From a virus (taxonomy: Duplodnaviria; Caudoviricetes), in IMG/VR virus record IMGVR_UViG_3300042922_000373, positions 1 through 52,492 of that record: DNA of 52,492 bases; one strand, written 5' to 3'. This document shows positions 8,076 through 18,057 of this stretch, piece after piece (position 1 is the first letter of the stretch; every line of letters begins with the position of its first letter). The notes beneath the pieces were generated by a model, which was not told the origin of the DNA, searched no databases, and was given only the letters and a program-made list of their open reading frames with translations. The position numbers were made by a program, and so were the translations under genes.

Positions 8076-11000
8076 TTAACTGGCGAACGCCTCGAAATCA
8101 CCGTACTGGCTGATCTTATCGATGGCCTTATCGACGAGCTTCTGGTAGTAGCTCTTGTCGACGTCTTTCTCCTTGCCGAGCTCCTTGATGGACTCCGACT
8201 CCAACCAATGGTAACCGGTGGTGCCCGTCACAGCAGCGAACTTGCCCGGTCCTGACTCCCGCATGAGGAGTCCACCACCCTTTACCACGGGAGTGAACAG
8301 ACCGGTCTTGCCGACGAACACCTTGGTGTCGTCATTACCCAGTGCCATCGGCGTGTCCTCGACACCCTCGAAGTCGAGCCAGAGGGGTGTGCGAGCACTC
8401 TTTGCCTCACACATATCCTTGAACTGGATCGCCTCCTTTGTGAAGAGCGTCTTCTTGACGAACGGGTGAGCGAACTGTGCCCCCGTTGCCGACCACGTTC
8501 CGATGAGCTTCGGCTTCGTGGCGTGCCAGCCGTACTTCGCGATGTAGACCGCGTCGTTGACCAAACACATCTTCTCGTAGGTGGCCTCGTGCACGAACTT
8601 GTACCCGAATGCGGCACCATATTCCATGACGAACTGGATGATCTCCGGAGATGCGTCCGGGATCTTGATGGAGTCCGTCTTGACATGCACTACCGGGAAT
8701 CCACGCGCCTCAACCTCGTACATCAGGTCGAGCATGAACAGCGCACCGATCTTGGCGACGATGTTGTCGATGTTGCGCGGGTCACGGAAGACATTGTCGA
8801 AGGATGCTGCCGTCAGACCGTAGACGATGTTGATCACGATCTTCAGAGCGTAGGAAAGCGCCTCAGCGATCTCCTCATCCGTCAGGAACTCGGCCAGCTT
8901 GCCGCCAAACATCTTCCGAGCATCGTCGAACCGCTTCTCCTTGATAGCCACACGAGCGGCCTTGAGGGTAGAGAAGTTCTCTGTGTACTCGCCGAACATG
9001 TCCATGATCTCGATCGACGTGGGATGCATCGACTCGATATCCAGCAGGACCACGTTCTCCCACATGCCTGGCTTGGCACGCACGAGTCCGCCTTCACCGA
9101 TTTCCTCGCCGCGGTATCGAGACACCATGGCTTTCTTCTCGGGGTCGTAGGCGTAGGTGTAGCCCTCGAACCTCTCAGAGAGATCCGGGATGTTGAACTG
9201 CGACTGCGGAGCACGGTTCGATCCGAAGATGATCCGAGCCGCGTGCTGCTGGGTACTCGAGTTGACCGAGAGTCCAGACAGTTCCGCAATGATCTGCCGT
9301 GCGATGAAGTCTCCCTTGAGGTGCAGGAAGACCACGTCCGTGGCGTTGGTATCGTCGATGCAGTACTCGACGACCTTCGCCCAGAGCTCCTTCGGAACCG
9401 GCTGGTCCCAGGGAAGTCCCAGTTCGTTGTGCTTGATCTCGAGCTCGATCTCCCACTTCTTCAGCGTCTGCTTCTTAGACGCGAAGTCGAAGATATCCGT
9501 GTACGAGAGGTTGTAGGCCTCACGGAACTTGGCATTGGGCGAGTTGTTGATCAGGGCCTGGCTGAGCTTGTAGAGCTCCTCGATCGTCCATCCGAGAGCG
9601 GCGGCGTAGATGATGTGGTTGTCGTAGCCACGGTTGTTGAAGCCGATGAGCTTGAGCGACAGAAGTGCTTCCACCTCTTGCGCCGACGGGTTGACCATCG
9701 CCGTCACCTGCTCCGACCCACTGTACTTCCAGCAGATCACGAACAGGTTGGGGAAGACCTCCACATCGAAAATAACCGGCTTCTCCTCATCGGGGAGGTT
9801 CGGCCGACCTTCTTCGTCACGGTCTTCGCTCTTGAACTTCATCGTCTGCATCAAGATGAGACACGCGTCCTTCTGGTGCGTGCTCTTCAGTGCAAACTGC
9901 ATGACCTTACCGCGCATATCCGTTACGTCATACTCGACACCCGAGTTGTAGGCCTCGAGGAGAACGTGGTGGATGAAGTCCATGTTCGGCTTGGTTGCGT
10001 CGTGCACTTCCTTACGCAGTGCTTTGGCGATGGTCCGGCGAAGGCTCTGCTCCGTGACTACTATGTTTGGATCGATCACTGTCTTCTCTTTGAGCTTCAG
10101 GCCACTGCTGATTGTGGCGACGGGTGTGTTGTTACAGCGGGAAAGTCTCCTTCTAAGGCTAGTGTCACCGGTGTAGACTTTAACCTCGACTCCAACATCA
10201 TGGAGACGGCTAAGCTCTTCAACGGCTCCGTCATAATTGTAATGGAGATGCACCCCATTACCGCTTTTACTGTACTCCGCGTAGGTTGGGGGCCAGTTTG
10301 CCGCGGCCTGTAGGGAACGCTCCAGGGATTTGTTTCCATCGTCATCCGTAATGTCAAAGTCAATGACGATGTGATTCGCCGGGACCTTGACGTAGTGCTC
10401 CTTCGCAGTGTCCAAGTCGGACAACACGGTGCTGACGACTTGATCGGGGCGGGGAGTGAACTCCTTACCCGTCACACGGTCGGTTCTTGGCGCAGACGAC
10501 CAGTACTTATTGGGCTGGCTCTCACCCAGCTTGTTGATCCTGGAATACTGCGCCGGAGCGGATGCGAACAGCTTGTCGAAGAGCGATTCCGTTTCGGTGA
10601 GCTCGAGAGTGAATCCGCCGGCGTTGACCTGCGTCACATTCTCGGGCACTGGCTTCTTGTACTTCGTCGCGTTGAAACCCGAGTACCAGTTACGGACTCT
10701 GGCGTCATTGACGACTGCTCGCTCCTCCCAGTTATCGAAGTAGTTCTTCAGTTCTTCACGGAACTTGTGGTAGGGCATGTCCCACTTGGTGCGGGTGAAG
10801 TCCAGCCACTCCTTCCAAAGCTCCCAAGCCTGCTTCAGGGTTGCCCCGTCCTGCTGCTCGAAAATATCGAAGTGGTACTCCACGTAGTTGAAGAACACGT
10901 CGGTCTGCATCATCATGTCGATGGGGACGTAGCTGTTGTAGTAGTCCTTCCCCATCTCCTGGAAGACCTGCAGACAGTGATGTGCGAGAGCTCCCAACTC

Positions 11001-11942
11001 GAAGCGGACCTGCTTGACCAGCTTCTCGTACTTACGGGCGGTGTGGAGATTACCCGTGGGTCGCACATCGAGAATACGTCGAACCAGACCCGACTTGGCA
11101 TCGGTGATACGAACCGGCTTGTTCGTACCTACGAAGGTCATAGCCACGGGCCTGATCTCGTACTGGCTCTTATGCTTCTCGTTGATGATGATCTTGTCGT
11201 GGGAGATCAGCTTGTTCAGCTTGCTGTTGTCGACGACCTTGCTCAGGTCACCATCCTGATCGATGGCAACGAGGCTGTTGTCCTTGAACTTAGCCAACGC
11301 GAACTGGTTGTTAGCGCTGACGATGTCCGCCACCTCGAAGGTCGTTGTGTAACCCTCGAAGAGGTCCTCGATAATATCGAGAATCGTCGACTTTCCCTCA
11401 CCAGGCTTACCGAAGAACACTAGGCCCTTGTGGATATACCTGGACTCGCCGGAGATGATCGCGCCGATTGCCCATTCGAACTTCGCCCGCTCCTCCGGGG
11501 AATACAGCAGGTCCACGAGTTCTTCGTAGGCGCTGATGTCCCCCGGAGCGAGAGAATATGGAAGCCGGTGAGTGGCCCGGTCCTCCTTCTTGACTTCCGT
11601 GTTGGCGAACACAACCTTTTGATCGAGATCCTCGGGTGTGTCAGGAAGTGTGGTGCAGAAGAGACGGAACTGCTGCCAGGTATTGCTACCGAAGCTACGC
11701 AGATACCGCCGGTTTACTTCTACGGCGAGGGTTTGCAACTGGTAGTCACGAATATCCTTGTCGATCAGTCGAGCTACGTCGAGCTCATTCGTCGACCACA
11801 GACCCTTCGCTTCGTCCCAAACTGCGTAGAACTTCCCTCCTCGGATCATCAGATCCTTTGATGTGTCGACCTGGTAGTCGGGGAATACGTCTAGTACGCC
11901 CTTCCTATGGCCTTCCTTCTCGCGAATCTGATAGAAATCCAC
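8076..11942 (-). CDS. helicase-primase-DNA polymerase fusion (D5-like SF3 helicase + AEP primase + 3'-5' exonuclease + family B-like polymerase)
   Basis: GKPGEGKST Walker A; IVIDFD and SKSGNGVHLHY (AEP); IFDVEV and GFNNRGYD (exonuclease); LLDIESMHP, KIVINIVYG, VKTDS (polymerase motifs); GGAGGGAGG RBS. Confidence 0.85.
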   Translation of the reverse strand: MDFYQIREKEGHRKGVLDVFPDYQVDTSKDLMIRGGKFYAVWDEAKGLWSTNELDVARLIDKDIRDYQLQTLAVEVNRRYLRSFGSNTWQQFRLFCTTLPDTPEDLDQKVVFANTEVKKEDRATHRLPYSLAPGDISAYEELVDLLYSPEERAKFEWAIGAIISGESRYIHKGLVFFGKPGEGKSTILDIIEDLFEGYTTTFEVADIVSANNQFALAKFKDNSLVAIDQDGDLSKVVDNSKLNKLISHDKIIINEKHKSQYEIRPVAMTFVGTNKPVRITDAKSGLVRRILDVRPTGNLHTARKYEKLVKQVRFELGALAHHCLQVFQEMGKDYYNSYVPIDMMMQTDVFFNYVEYHFDIFEQQDGATLKQAWELWKEWLDFTRTKWDMPYHKFREELKNYFDNWEERAVVNDARVRNWYSGFNATKYKKPVPENVTQVNAGGFTLELTETESLFDKLFASAPAQYSRINKLGESQPNKYWSSAPRTDRVTGKEFTPRPDQVVSTVLSDLDTAKEHYVKVPANHIVIDFDITDDDGNKSLERSLQAAANWPPTYAEYSKSGNGVHLHYNYDGAVEELSRLHDVGVEVKVYTGDTSLRRRLSRCNNTPVATISSGLKLKEKTVIDPNIVVTEQSLRRTIAKALRKEVHDATKPNMDFIHHVLLEAYNSGVEYDVTDMRGKVMQFALKSTHQKDACLILMQTMKFKSEDRDEEGRPNLPDEEKPVIFDVEVFPNLFVICWKYSGSEQVTAMVNPSAQEVEALLSLKLIGFNNRGYDNHIIYAAALGWTIEELYKLSQALINNSPNAKFREAYNLSYTDIFDFASKKQTLKKWEIELEIKHNELGLPWDQPVPKELWAKVVEYCIDDTNATDVVFLHLKGDFIARQIIAELSGLSVNSSTQQHAARIIFGSNRAPQSQFNIPDLSERFEGYTYAYDPEKKAMVSRYRGEEIGEGGLVRAKPGMWENVVLLDIESMHPTSIEIMDMFGEYTENFSTLKAARVAIKEKRFDDARKMFGGKLAEFLTDEEIAEALSYALKIVINIVYGLTAASFDNVFRDPRNIDNIVAKIGALFMLDLMYEVEARGFPVVHVKTDSIKIPDASPEIIQFVMEYGAAFGYKFVHEATYEKMCLVNDAVYIAKYGWHATKPKLIGTWSATGAQFAHPFVKKTLFTKEAIQFKDMCEAKSARTPLWLDFEGVEDTPMALGNDDTKVFVGKTGLFTPVVKGGGLLMRESGPGKFAAVTGTTGYHWLESESIKELGKEKDVDKSYYQKLVDKAIDKISQYGDFEAFAS

Positions 11943-11963
11943 TTAACCTCCCTCCTCGGGGTG

Positions 11964-12521
11964 TTACACTCTTGGGCCATTGTTGACACGCAGTCCCTCG
12001 AGCAAATATGCCTCTTTCTGATACCAAATCTCAACACGACGCTGGTCACGATCTGCATCCCGCAAGGGGAACAGACCACCAACACCGTCTGGACCGTACG
12101 CCCGATCAAGGACCCGTTCAATTACATCGTCGATATCGTCCGCGATTGTGGCGTTGTACACGTTGTCTGAGTAACGCTGTAGCTCCAGATTCTCCATGAG
12201 TTTCCAGAACCAGTCACCCGTCTCACCGTATGACTCGAACGCTAGGTGCGCTGACAGCGCGATAAGCATCTCGAGGAGGGAGCAATCCAGATCCATCCAC
12301 CCGGGATCGATTCCTTCATGCCCCCACCTCTCGACGAACTCATCGCGCAGGCAGATCCCGTCTTCGGCTCGGTTGACGTCACGACGGACGACCACCCGGA
12401 ACCTCTTGACGTACAACTGCCTTGCTAGCGACCAATAGTTACGACGGCGGTTCTTCTGATTGACCGAACCTATGAGGCTGTACAACCACTCGAAGTACCG
12501 GTCGTCAGCCGTACCGTCCAT
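11964..12521 (-). CDS. hypothetical protein
   Basis: YFEWL...D.NRAEDG..LR..F...LEMLIAL...GGLFPL...EIWYQ; AAGGAGG RBS. Confidence 0.75.
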   Translation of the reverse strand: MDGTADDRYFEWLYSLIGSVNQKNRRRNYWSLARQLYVKRFRVVVRRDVNRAEDGICLRDEFVERWGHEGIDPGWMDLDCSLLEMLIALSAHLAFESYGETGDWFWKLMENLELQRYSDNVYNATIADDIDDVIERVLDRAYGPDGVGGLFPLRDADRDQRRVEIWYQKEAYLLEGLRVNNGPRV

Positions 12522-13387
12522 TAACCCTCCTTGTTTGCCTTACGCTTGACGCGCCGCTGGCGCTCGAATCCATCATCTTCGTCGGGGTCCAGGTTCAGAC
12601 CACGGGATGCTGCGTACCCCTCCTCGATCCGAATGACCTCGAAGGCGAGTCCCAGCTTCTCGTTGCGGATGTAGACGATGTCCTCATCCTCGGACAGGTG
12701 CCCGAATCGCAGGTTCTCGAGCGTTCCGATGAGCTCCTCCGGGTGGAGAACGATCTCTTCCTTGCTGTTGAGAAGCGTGTTGTCACCGACGAACCACTTG
12801 ATTGTCGGCTGGTCGTACGCGTCGTACGGCTCATCCGGCGCAGCCCACTCGTGGATCGAGACGATGTACGGGCGCTTGGGATCCCGTGGCTCACCGTCCG
12901 GACCTTCCGGGATTGCCTGGTCAAAGAGCGAGTGCTCCTTTACCCGGGACTTCTTGCTGGTCTTCGCCTCGACGTGGATATCCACCGCGGTCTCGAGATC
13001 GACACCCTCATCCTCGGCGACACCGATGATGTGCTGTGCTCCCTCGTATCCCTGGTCGGCGATCCGCTTGGCGAGCTTACGGAGCTCCGCCTGACGTTCC
13101 TGCTCGGGCTTGTTGAACTCCGGGTTGAACTCGTCGAAGTCCTCACCCTCGTAGTCGTTGTTCGCCTGCAGATCGGTTTCGTCGATGTTGACCAGGTTCT
13201 CGGGGTCGGCGAGTTCGCCTTCCTTACGGACGATGCGGTAGTGCTCCTTGACGGAAGCCACCTGTTCGTCCGCGATTGCCTGCCAGTTCTTGCTCACCAC
13301 ACTCCGCGTGATGAAGAAGGTGACGACACTACCCACTAGTGCGCCACCCCCGAATGCTGCAAGCAGCTTCGGATCGATAAGGTTCAT
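12521..13387 (-). CDS. hypothetical protein with N-terminal membrane anchor
   Basis: AAAGGAG RBS; hydrophobic N-terminus; VYIRNEKL..FEV C-terminal domain. Confidence 0.75.
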   Translation of the reverse strand: MNLIDPKLLAAFGGGALVGSVVTFFITRSVVSKNWQAIADEQVASVKEHYRIVRKEGELADPENLVNIDETDLQANNDYEGEDFDEFNPEFNKPEQERQAELRKLAKRIADQGYEGAQHIIGVAEDEGVDLETAVDIHVEAKTSKKSRVKEHSLFDQAIPEGPDGEPRDPKRPYIVSIHEWAAPDEPYDAYDQPTIKWFVGDNTLLNSKEEIVLHPEELIGTLENLRFGHLSEDEDIVYIRNEKLGLAFEVIRIEEGYAASRGLNLDPDEDDGFERQRRVKRKANKEG

Positions 13388-13400
13388 CTGTTTCTCCTTT

Positions 13401-13655
13401 TTAGGACCGCGCCATTTCCTTGGGCGCGAACATGTTGTGCCATTTGAGTAGTTCGTTGTTCGGCCGAATCGAAGGCCATACCTCTGAGAATGCCCGAGCG
13501 TTGGCTTGCGCGTCCGGACGATTCAAGAGATATTCTCGTACCCGCTCCCGGGGGGTGCCCAGATCATCCGCTATGAACGATGTGGTCACCCCCTCAGAGA
13601 CAAGGAATTCGATGCGATCGATCTGTTCCTCAGTGAACTTGTGCGGCCTTCTCAC
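13401..13655 (-). CDS. helix-turn-helix DNA-binding protein
   Basis: FTEEQIDRI..LVSEGVTTSFIADDLGTPRERVREYL. Confidence 0.65.
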   Translation of the reverse strand: MRRPHKFTEEQIDRIEFLVSEGVTTSFIADDLGTPRERVREYLLNRPDAQANARAFSEVWPSIRPNNELLKWHNMFAPKEMARS

Positions 13656-13900
13656 GACCGCTGAGCACGCCGGTTCGTGCGCTTCGGGTTGGGCGACACG
13701 CGACCCTTGGGGCCCTCCGAGAGCGTCTCCCGAAGAGCCTTCAGGCCCTCGTTGTCCTTGAGTGGACGATCCGTCAGGTGCTCCGGACGCTTGCCGTAGA
13801 CCATCTTCTTCGAAGAGGAGACGGGTACGTCAGTCGTGATCGGAGCCGGCGTCAGTCGCTTGACGCTTGCTGCTACCTGGCTGGGGGATGGAGCGTTCAC
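13652..13900 (-). CDS. hypothetical protein
   Basis: ORF with GTGA coupling to the downstream gene. Confidence 0.55.
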   Translation of the reverse strand: MNAPSPSQVAASVKRLTPAPITTDVPVSSSKKMVYGKRPEHLTDRPLKDNEGLKALRETLSEGPKGRVSPNPKRTNRRAQRS

Positions 13901-13959
13901 TTTCTGTCTGCTTTCTCTTGGTGTTCTTGATCTTGTGGACGATCTTGCGCTGGCGGCTC

Positions 13960-14910
13960 TTAGCTGTCACCCTTGGTGATCCCCTCGAAGGAGGTCTGTC
14001 GCTGGCCGATACCGATGAAGTCCTGGATGAACCCATCGATGTTGAAGTCGAGGATGACGTGCGGCTCGTAGCCGTTGACGAAATCCCGTGCCGCGGGGCT
14101 CTCCAGGTCGAAGATGCCGAAGTCGACGTAGTCGTCTCCACCCGCACCGAGAACCCAGCCGGTCACAGCGCCATCCGGCGTCTCCGGGAGTCCCAGAGCG
14201 TCATAGACGTCGTTCAGTACGAGCCACCCCTTCGAGTGGAGGCGCTCCGTGGCGAACTTCTGCTGACCGAGCAGGAACGTCAGGTTGCCCTCACGCCAGT
14301 GCTTGTTGAAGTTCACGTTGCTCTCGTCGAAGATCTTCGCGTACTTCGAGTAGCGGTTCGGGTCGGACTTCTTGATGACCCGCTCCTCCCCCGTCTCGAA
14401 GTCGATGACCGTCTCCTCACGCAGACCGAGACGGTAGTCCCGATCCTTGTCAGCACCCTGGTCGTCGATGACGTTCTGGCGGTAGTTGTCGTACTGCGAC
14501 TTGATGACGTTGTACGCCGCGACAGCAGCCACGTTCCGCTTCTTGAGCGTCCAGGACGCACCCACGAGGCAGGCCAGCGAAGTGCCGAGCACCAGTCCAC
14601 CGGGGACGTAGAGCTTGAACACATCGACAGCGCGCTTGGTGTAGATGCGCGTCAGGTCGATCTTGTACTGCTCCTCGCTGTACTCCCCGAGCTTCTTGAG
14701 CTCCTTGGCGGCGTCGATCTCCTCCTCGTGCTTGTCGAGAACGGGCTCGAGCTTGAGCGTTGCACGGGCGATCATCACCGCAGCCGTGATCACGCCGGCG
14801 ACACCCACGACCGTGAGCACCTCCGGACTGTACTTCTTGCCCAGGAGGAGTGCCCTCCCGAACTTCTGACCTGCCACGAGCTTCGCGGCGTCCAGGTTGA
14901 ACAGAGTCAT
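13960..14910 (-). CDS. DUF6353-like membrane-anchored protein
   Basis: KKYSPEVLTVVGVAGVITAAVM..RATLK...LNDVYDALG...G...GW...LDFNIDG. Confidence 0.7.
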   Translation of the reverse strand: MTLFNLDAAKLVAGQKFGRALLLGKKYSPEVLTVVGVAGVITAAVMIARATLKLEPVLDKHEEEIDAAKELKKLGEYSEEQYKIDLTRIYTKRAVDVFKLYVPGGLVLGTSLACLVGASWTLKKRNVAAVAAYNVIKSQYDNYRQNVIDDQGADKDRDYRLGLREETVIDFETGEERVIKKSDPNRYSKYAKIFDESNVNFNKHWREGNLTFLLGQQKFATERLHSKGWLVLNDVYDALGLPETPDGAVTGWVLGAGGDDYVDFGIFDLESPAARDFVNGYEPHVILDFNIDGFIQDFIGIGQRQTSFEGITKGDS

Positions 14911-14913
14911 TTC

Positions 14914-15117
14914 TTAGTTCTCCTTGTTGATGCGATACACACAACGCATGGGGAATCCGTGGAACGGACCCTTGATCGTCTCTACTACTGTGTGGGTATC
15001 AGGGTTGATGTCTTTATGACAGCCTGCGCATTGTTGCATCGGCTTGGTGTTCTTCTCGAGGATCTTGTCGACCCGTTCGCGCCTTTGTTCTTGGGTCTCA
15101 CCCTCGATCCAGGCCAC
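14914..15117 (-). CDS. small CxxC...HGxPxxC zinc-finger-like protein
   Basis: CAGC...FHGFPMRC; AAGGAG RBS. Confidence 0.6.
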   Translation of the reverse strand: MAWIEGETQEQRRERVDKILEKNTKPMQQCAGCHKDINPDTHTVVETIKGPFHGFPMRCVYRINKEN

Positions 15118-15386
15118 TAGCGCTCCTTGATTCCTCGTTTGATGTCACGCGGAAATATCTCGAGGTGGTAACCCGCGAGATCCACAGCGACAGGAGGCAA
15201 GCCCTCGATCGCGATGGTGACCGTACGAGACTTGGCGACGTAACGGTACGACACCAGCTTTCCGACATACTTGAGAAGCGTGTCGGTCTTGATCGTGCCG
15301 TCACCCTTCTTCTCGAAGATCTGAACGGTCAGCACCTCGCCGATGTTATCCGGCTTGAGCATCAGTTGTGCGTTGTCGTCGGTCAT
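15117..15386 (-). CDS. hypothetical protein
   Basis: coupled ORF. Confidence 0.65.
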   Translation of the reverse strand: MTDDNAQLMLKPDNIGEVLTVQIFEKKGDGTIKTDTLLKYVGKLVSYRYVAKSRTVTIAIEGLPPVAVDLAGYHLEIFPRDIKRGIKER

Positions 15387-15610
15387 CCTTCCAGCTTCCT
15401 CCAGACGAAATAAGTGGACTTGCGGCGGTCGTCGTGCTTGATCTCGAACACACGGTCCGGATTCTCGCTGATGACCTTGTTGAGGATCGTCTGCAGTTCC
15501 GTGAATCCGTCGCTCGACATTGCATCGATATCGGAGTCTTTCAACTCCCGTGAACCACTGGGGTTGTCCCGAAGCTCCTGAGACAACCCCGCGTACAGCT
15601 TCTTCCCCAT
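15383..15610 (-). CDS. hypothetical protein
   Basis: AGGAG RBS. Confidence 0.65.
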   Translation of the reverse strand: MGKKLYAGLSQELRDNPSGSRELKDSDIDAMSSDGFTELQTILNKVISENPDRVFEIKHDDRRKSTYFVWRKLEG

Positions 15611-15618
15611 GATTTCTC

Positions 15619-16314
15619 CTAGTCGAGTCGAATGGTGGGCGGAAGATCCAGCAGGTACTGGTCGGAACGAAGGCGCTTCACCTCAGCGTCGCGCAGATCG
15701 TTCCAGCCCCAGCTACGACCCACGTAGTCACGGCCGTCGACGTCCGCTCCTACCATGTCGTACAGATCGGCAACGGTCACGTCACCGTACTCAGCGATGT
15801 GCTCCCGCAGAGCGTCGAGAGCTTCCTCGGCATCGCCACGGGTCTCGAGGATGACGTCCTCATACCCACGACTGCTCCGAGCCCGATCGCGAACCGTTCG
15901 ACGGTCATCACGGTCGTCATCGAAGTTCCGCCCTGAGTAGCGGTTCCTGTAGTTCGTCCGGTTGTTGACTCCGGAGAACGAGGACCCACCACTGTTGCGT
16001 CGCGCACCCTTCGACGGACCACTGCTGGTGCCGAAGATCGCGCGCTCGATGATCTCCTTGCCGGCGTCGACGATGAGGTCCTTGACTGTCGGCAGAATCA
16101 CGTCGAACAGGACGTACTCGCCCACCGTCTGTGCATCGTCGCCCTTGAAGGACTGCGCGATACGACGACCGAGAGGCACCCGTGTGGACACCTCACCCTT
16201 GATCACCTTCTTGGCTCGAGGCCGCTCGGGTTCCGCAGGCTGTCGACGAGCCGCGTCCTTCTGAGCGTGGCTGTTGCTGGGGTACCGCTTCTCGACTGGG
16301 TTTTCTTCGGGCAT
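15619..16314 (-). CDS. hypothetical protein
   Basis: YPSNSH...DVILP..KD...ETRGDAEE.L...YG.VTVADLYDMVG...GW..L; GAGGAG RBS. Confidence 0.75.
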   Translation of the reverse strand: MPEENPVEKRYPSNSHAQKDAARRQPAEPERPRAKKVIKGEVSTRVPLGRRIAQSFKGDDAQTVGEYVLFDVILPTVKDLIVDAGKEIIERAIFGTSSGPSKGARRNSGGSSFSGVNNRTNYRNRYSGRNFDDDRDDRRTVRDRARSSRGYEDVILETRGDAEEALDALREHIAEYGDVTVADLYDMVGADVDGRDYVGRSWGWNDLRDAEVKRLRSDQYLLDLPPTIRLD

Positions 16315-16451
16315 TACTCCTCTACTCCGAGCTTCTTGAGCTCTGCTGTGTGGTGTGCGACATCATCCCAGAAGCCCAACTGCTTGGCCATGGCCTTCAG
16401 CTGCTTCAGACGGATGATCTCGAAGGTGTTGTCGGTTGCGGTGTCAGCCAT
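16314..16451 (-). CDS. small hypothetical protein (45 aa, not in the ORF track)
   Basis: GGAG RBS; MADTATDNTFEIIRLKQLKAMAKQLGFW...; fills the gap with TAATG coupling. Confidence 0.6.
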   Translation of the reverse strand: MADTATDNTFEIIRLKQLKAMAKQLGFWDDVAHHTAELKKLGVEE

Positions 16452-16773
16452 TGGACTCCGCGGGCTCCTCGGTGGGCTCCTTCTCAGGCGTGCCCTTGTC
16501 CTCGGCCTCTGCTTCGGCCTCGATGCGCTCGATCTCTTCCTTCAGCTGCTTGCTGCTCGTGAAGATCTCATCGATGGCCTTCTCCGAGTAGTCCGAGGTG
16601 AACTGCCCGACGGCCCCCGAAAGGAAAACACCCGCGGTGCGGATGAAGACCCTCTGGATGAGCTTGGTGTTGTAGGGAGTGGTCGCGACGACGATGTTCC
16701 CCACGATCATGCCAGCACCGATGCCCGAAACGAATCCGGCGACGGCCTTGGTGATCTCGATCTTCTTACCCAT
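16444..16773 (-). CDS. membrane protein
   Basis: TCTTGAAAGGAG RBS; two hydrophobic Gly-rich segments. Confidence 0.7.
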   Translation of the reverse strand: MGKKIEITKAVAGFVSGIGAGMIVGNIVVATTPYNTKLIQRVFIRTAGVFLSGAVGQFTSDYSEKAIDEIFTSSKQLKEEIERIEAEAEAEDKGTPEKEPTEEPAESNG

Positions 16774-16818
16774 TGCATTCTCCTTTCAAGAGAAATATGA
16801 AAGCCTCGGTGAGGCCTT

Positions 16819-16845
16819 CTGTTATACCACGTGTGTTTACTGCGA
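16819..16845 (-). promoter_or_regulatory. 27-bp conserved promoter-like motif
   Basis: TCGCAGTAAACACACGTGGTATAACAG. Confidence 0.7.
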
Positions 16846-16892
16846 GACCGGGCCGGTAATGCATCCCCATCCACTACCGACCCGGCCGTCTG

Positions 16893-17657
16893 TCATCCCT
16901 GGCGAAGGTCGCGTCGGGACTCGAACGCCGGCGAAGCGATGGTCGCCTCGTCGTCACGCTCGATGATCTGAGGAGCGGTCTCCTCGTTGATGGTGACCTG
17001 GGGCTGAGCCTCGGTCGCCTGCTGGCTCGCCTTGAACGCCTGGAACGCTGCCCAATCGGGGTCGTCCTGGATCATGGGGGCGAGCGGATCTGCGGCTCCT
17101 ACCACAGCGATCACCTGTCCCTTCTCGACCTCGGTGCCGGCGGGGAGTGTGACGTCAGCGTGCAGAGGCTGGGGAACCTCCTGCTTGGCAGCTGCCGCGA
17201 TCTCACGAGCCGACTTCTGGTAGTCCTGGGGCTGACGCACGTTCGACGGTGCTTCTGCCGGCAGGTTGTCGGTCGTCTCCTTGAGCTTGTCCACCTTGAA
17301 GTCGATGACCTTGTTGATGAAGTCCGCGACACCCTGCTCGCCCTCACCGAGAAGCTCGAGGAAGAGCTCGGAGTAGGCGTCCGACGCGAGGAAGTCCGTG
17401 GTCTCCTCCGGCTCCTTCGTGAACTTGCCCGAGGGGAGACGCACACCGTACGCGTAGTGGATGATGCGCTTGAAGACGGGGATGATCGCCCGCGGGTTGG
17501 TCGACTCAGCGAGGCGCTCGAGGTCCTCCATGAGGTTGATCTCCAGCGCTTCCGCCTGGTTGAGGTTGAAGTAGAAGTCCTCGGTGCGGGTGACGGTGGT
17601 TGCGTCGCCGTTGCCGTCGAAGACGACCTTCTTGAACGTGATGGTCTTCTTGATCAT
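16893..17657 (-). CDS. hypothetical protein
   Basis: MIKKTITF...DFYFNL..AE...AYGVR...F.K...F..SDAYSELF; low-complexity C-terminus. Confidence 0.75.
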   Translation of the reverse strand: MIKKTITFKKVVFDGNGDATTVTRTEDFYFNLNQAEALEINLMEDLERLAESTNPRAIIPVFKRIIHYAYGVRLPSGKFTKEPEETTDFLASDAYSELFLELLGEGEQGVADFINKVIDFKVDKLKETTDNLPAEAPSNVRQPQDYQKSAREIAAAAKQEVPQPLHADVTLPAGTEVEKGQVIAVVGAADPLAPMIQDDPDWAAFQAFKASQQATEAQPQVTINEETAPQIIERDDEATIASPAFESRRDLRQG

Positions 17658-17672
17658 TGTGTTGTGTGTTCC

Positions 17673-17990
17673 TTACTCGGATGCGAGGTGATGGGCGGTC
17701 GTGAATTCGCTGTTGAACAGCAGGTGGTTGGCGTTCTTCTGGTAAATATCGACATAGGTCTCTGCGCGGTCACCGTTGTAGGTCACCTCGAAGTAGAAAC
17801 CAGACACTACGTCAGTGCTGACCAGCGCCTTCCAGTTCTGAAGGGTCTTGCAGAACCAGACGACGTAGAAGTCCTCAGCCGACACGGTTCCCTCGAAACC
17901 GAACGGCGGGTCTACTTCAATCGTGGAGAGCTCTCGGTTGGCGACCATAGCCGCTGCCTCAAGAGCCTTCTTCTGGAAGTTTTCGGGCAT
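17673..17990 (-). CDS. DUF6275-like protein
   Basis: YVVWFCKTLQNWKALVST...YFEVTYNGD..ETYVDIYQK. Confidence 0.7.
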   Translation of the reverse strand: MPENFQKKALEAAAMVANRELSTIEVDPPFGFEGTVSAEDFYVVWFCKTLQNWKALVSTDVVSGFYFEVTYNGDRAETYVDIYQKNANHLLFNSEFTTAHHLASE

Positions 17991-18003
17991 CTTTTCTCCT
18001 TAG

Positions 18004-18043
18004 AAAAAAGCAGAAGCCAATGTGGTTAGCATTGACTTCGCTT
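18004..18043 (-). terminator. intrinsic terminator with CTAACCA loop
   Basis: GAAGTCAATG-CTAACCA-CATTGGCTTC then GCTTTTTT. Confidence 0.7.
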
Positions 18044-18057
18044 CACTGCGACTTGGG

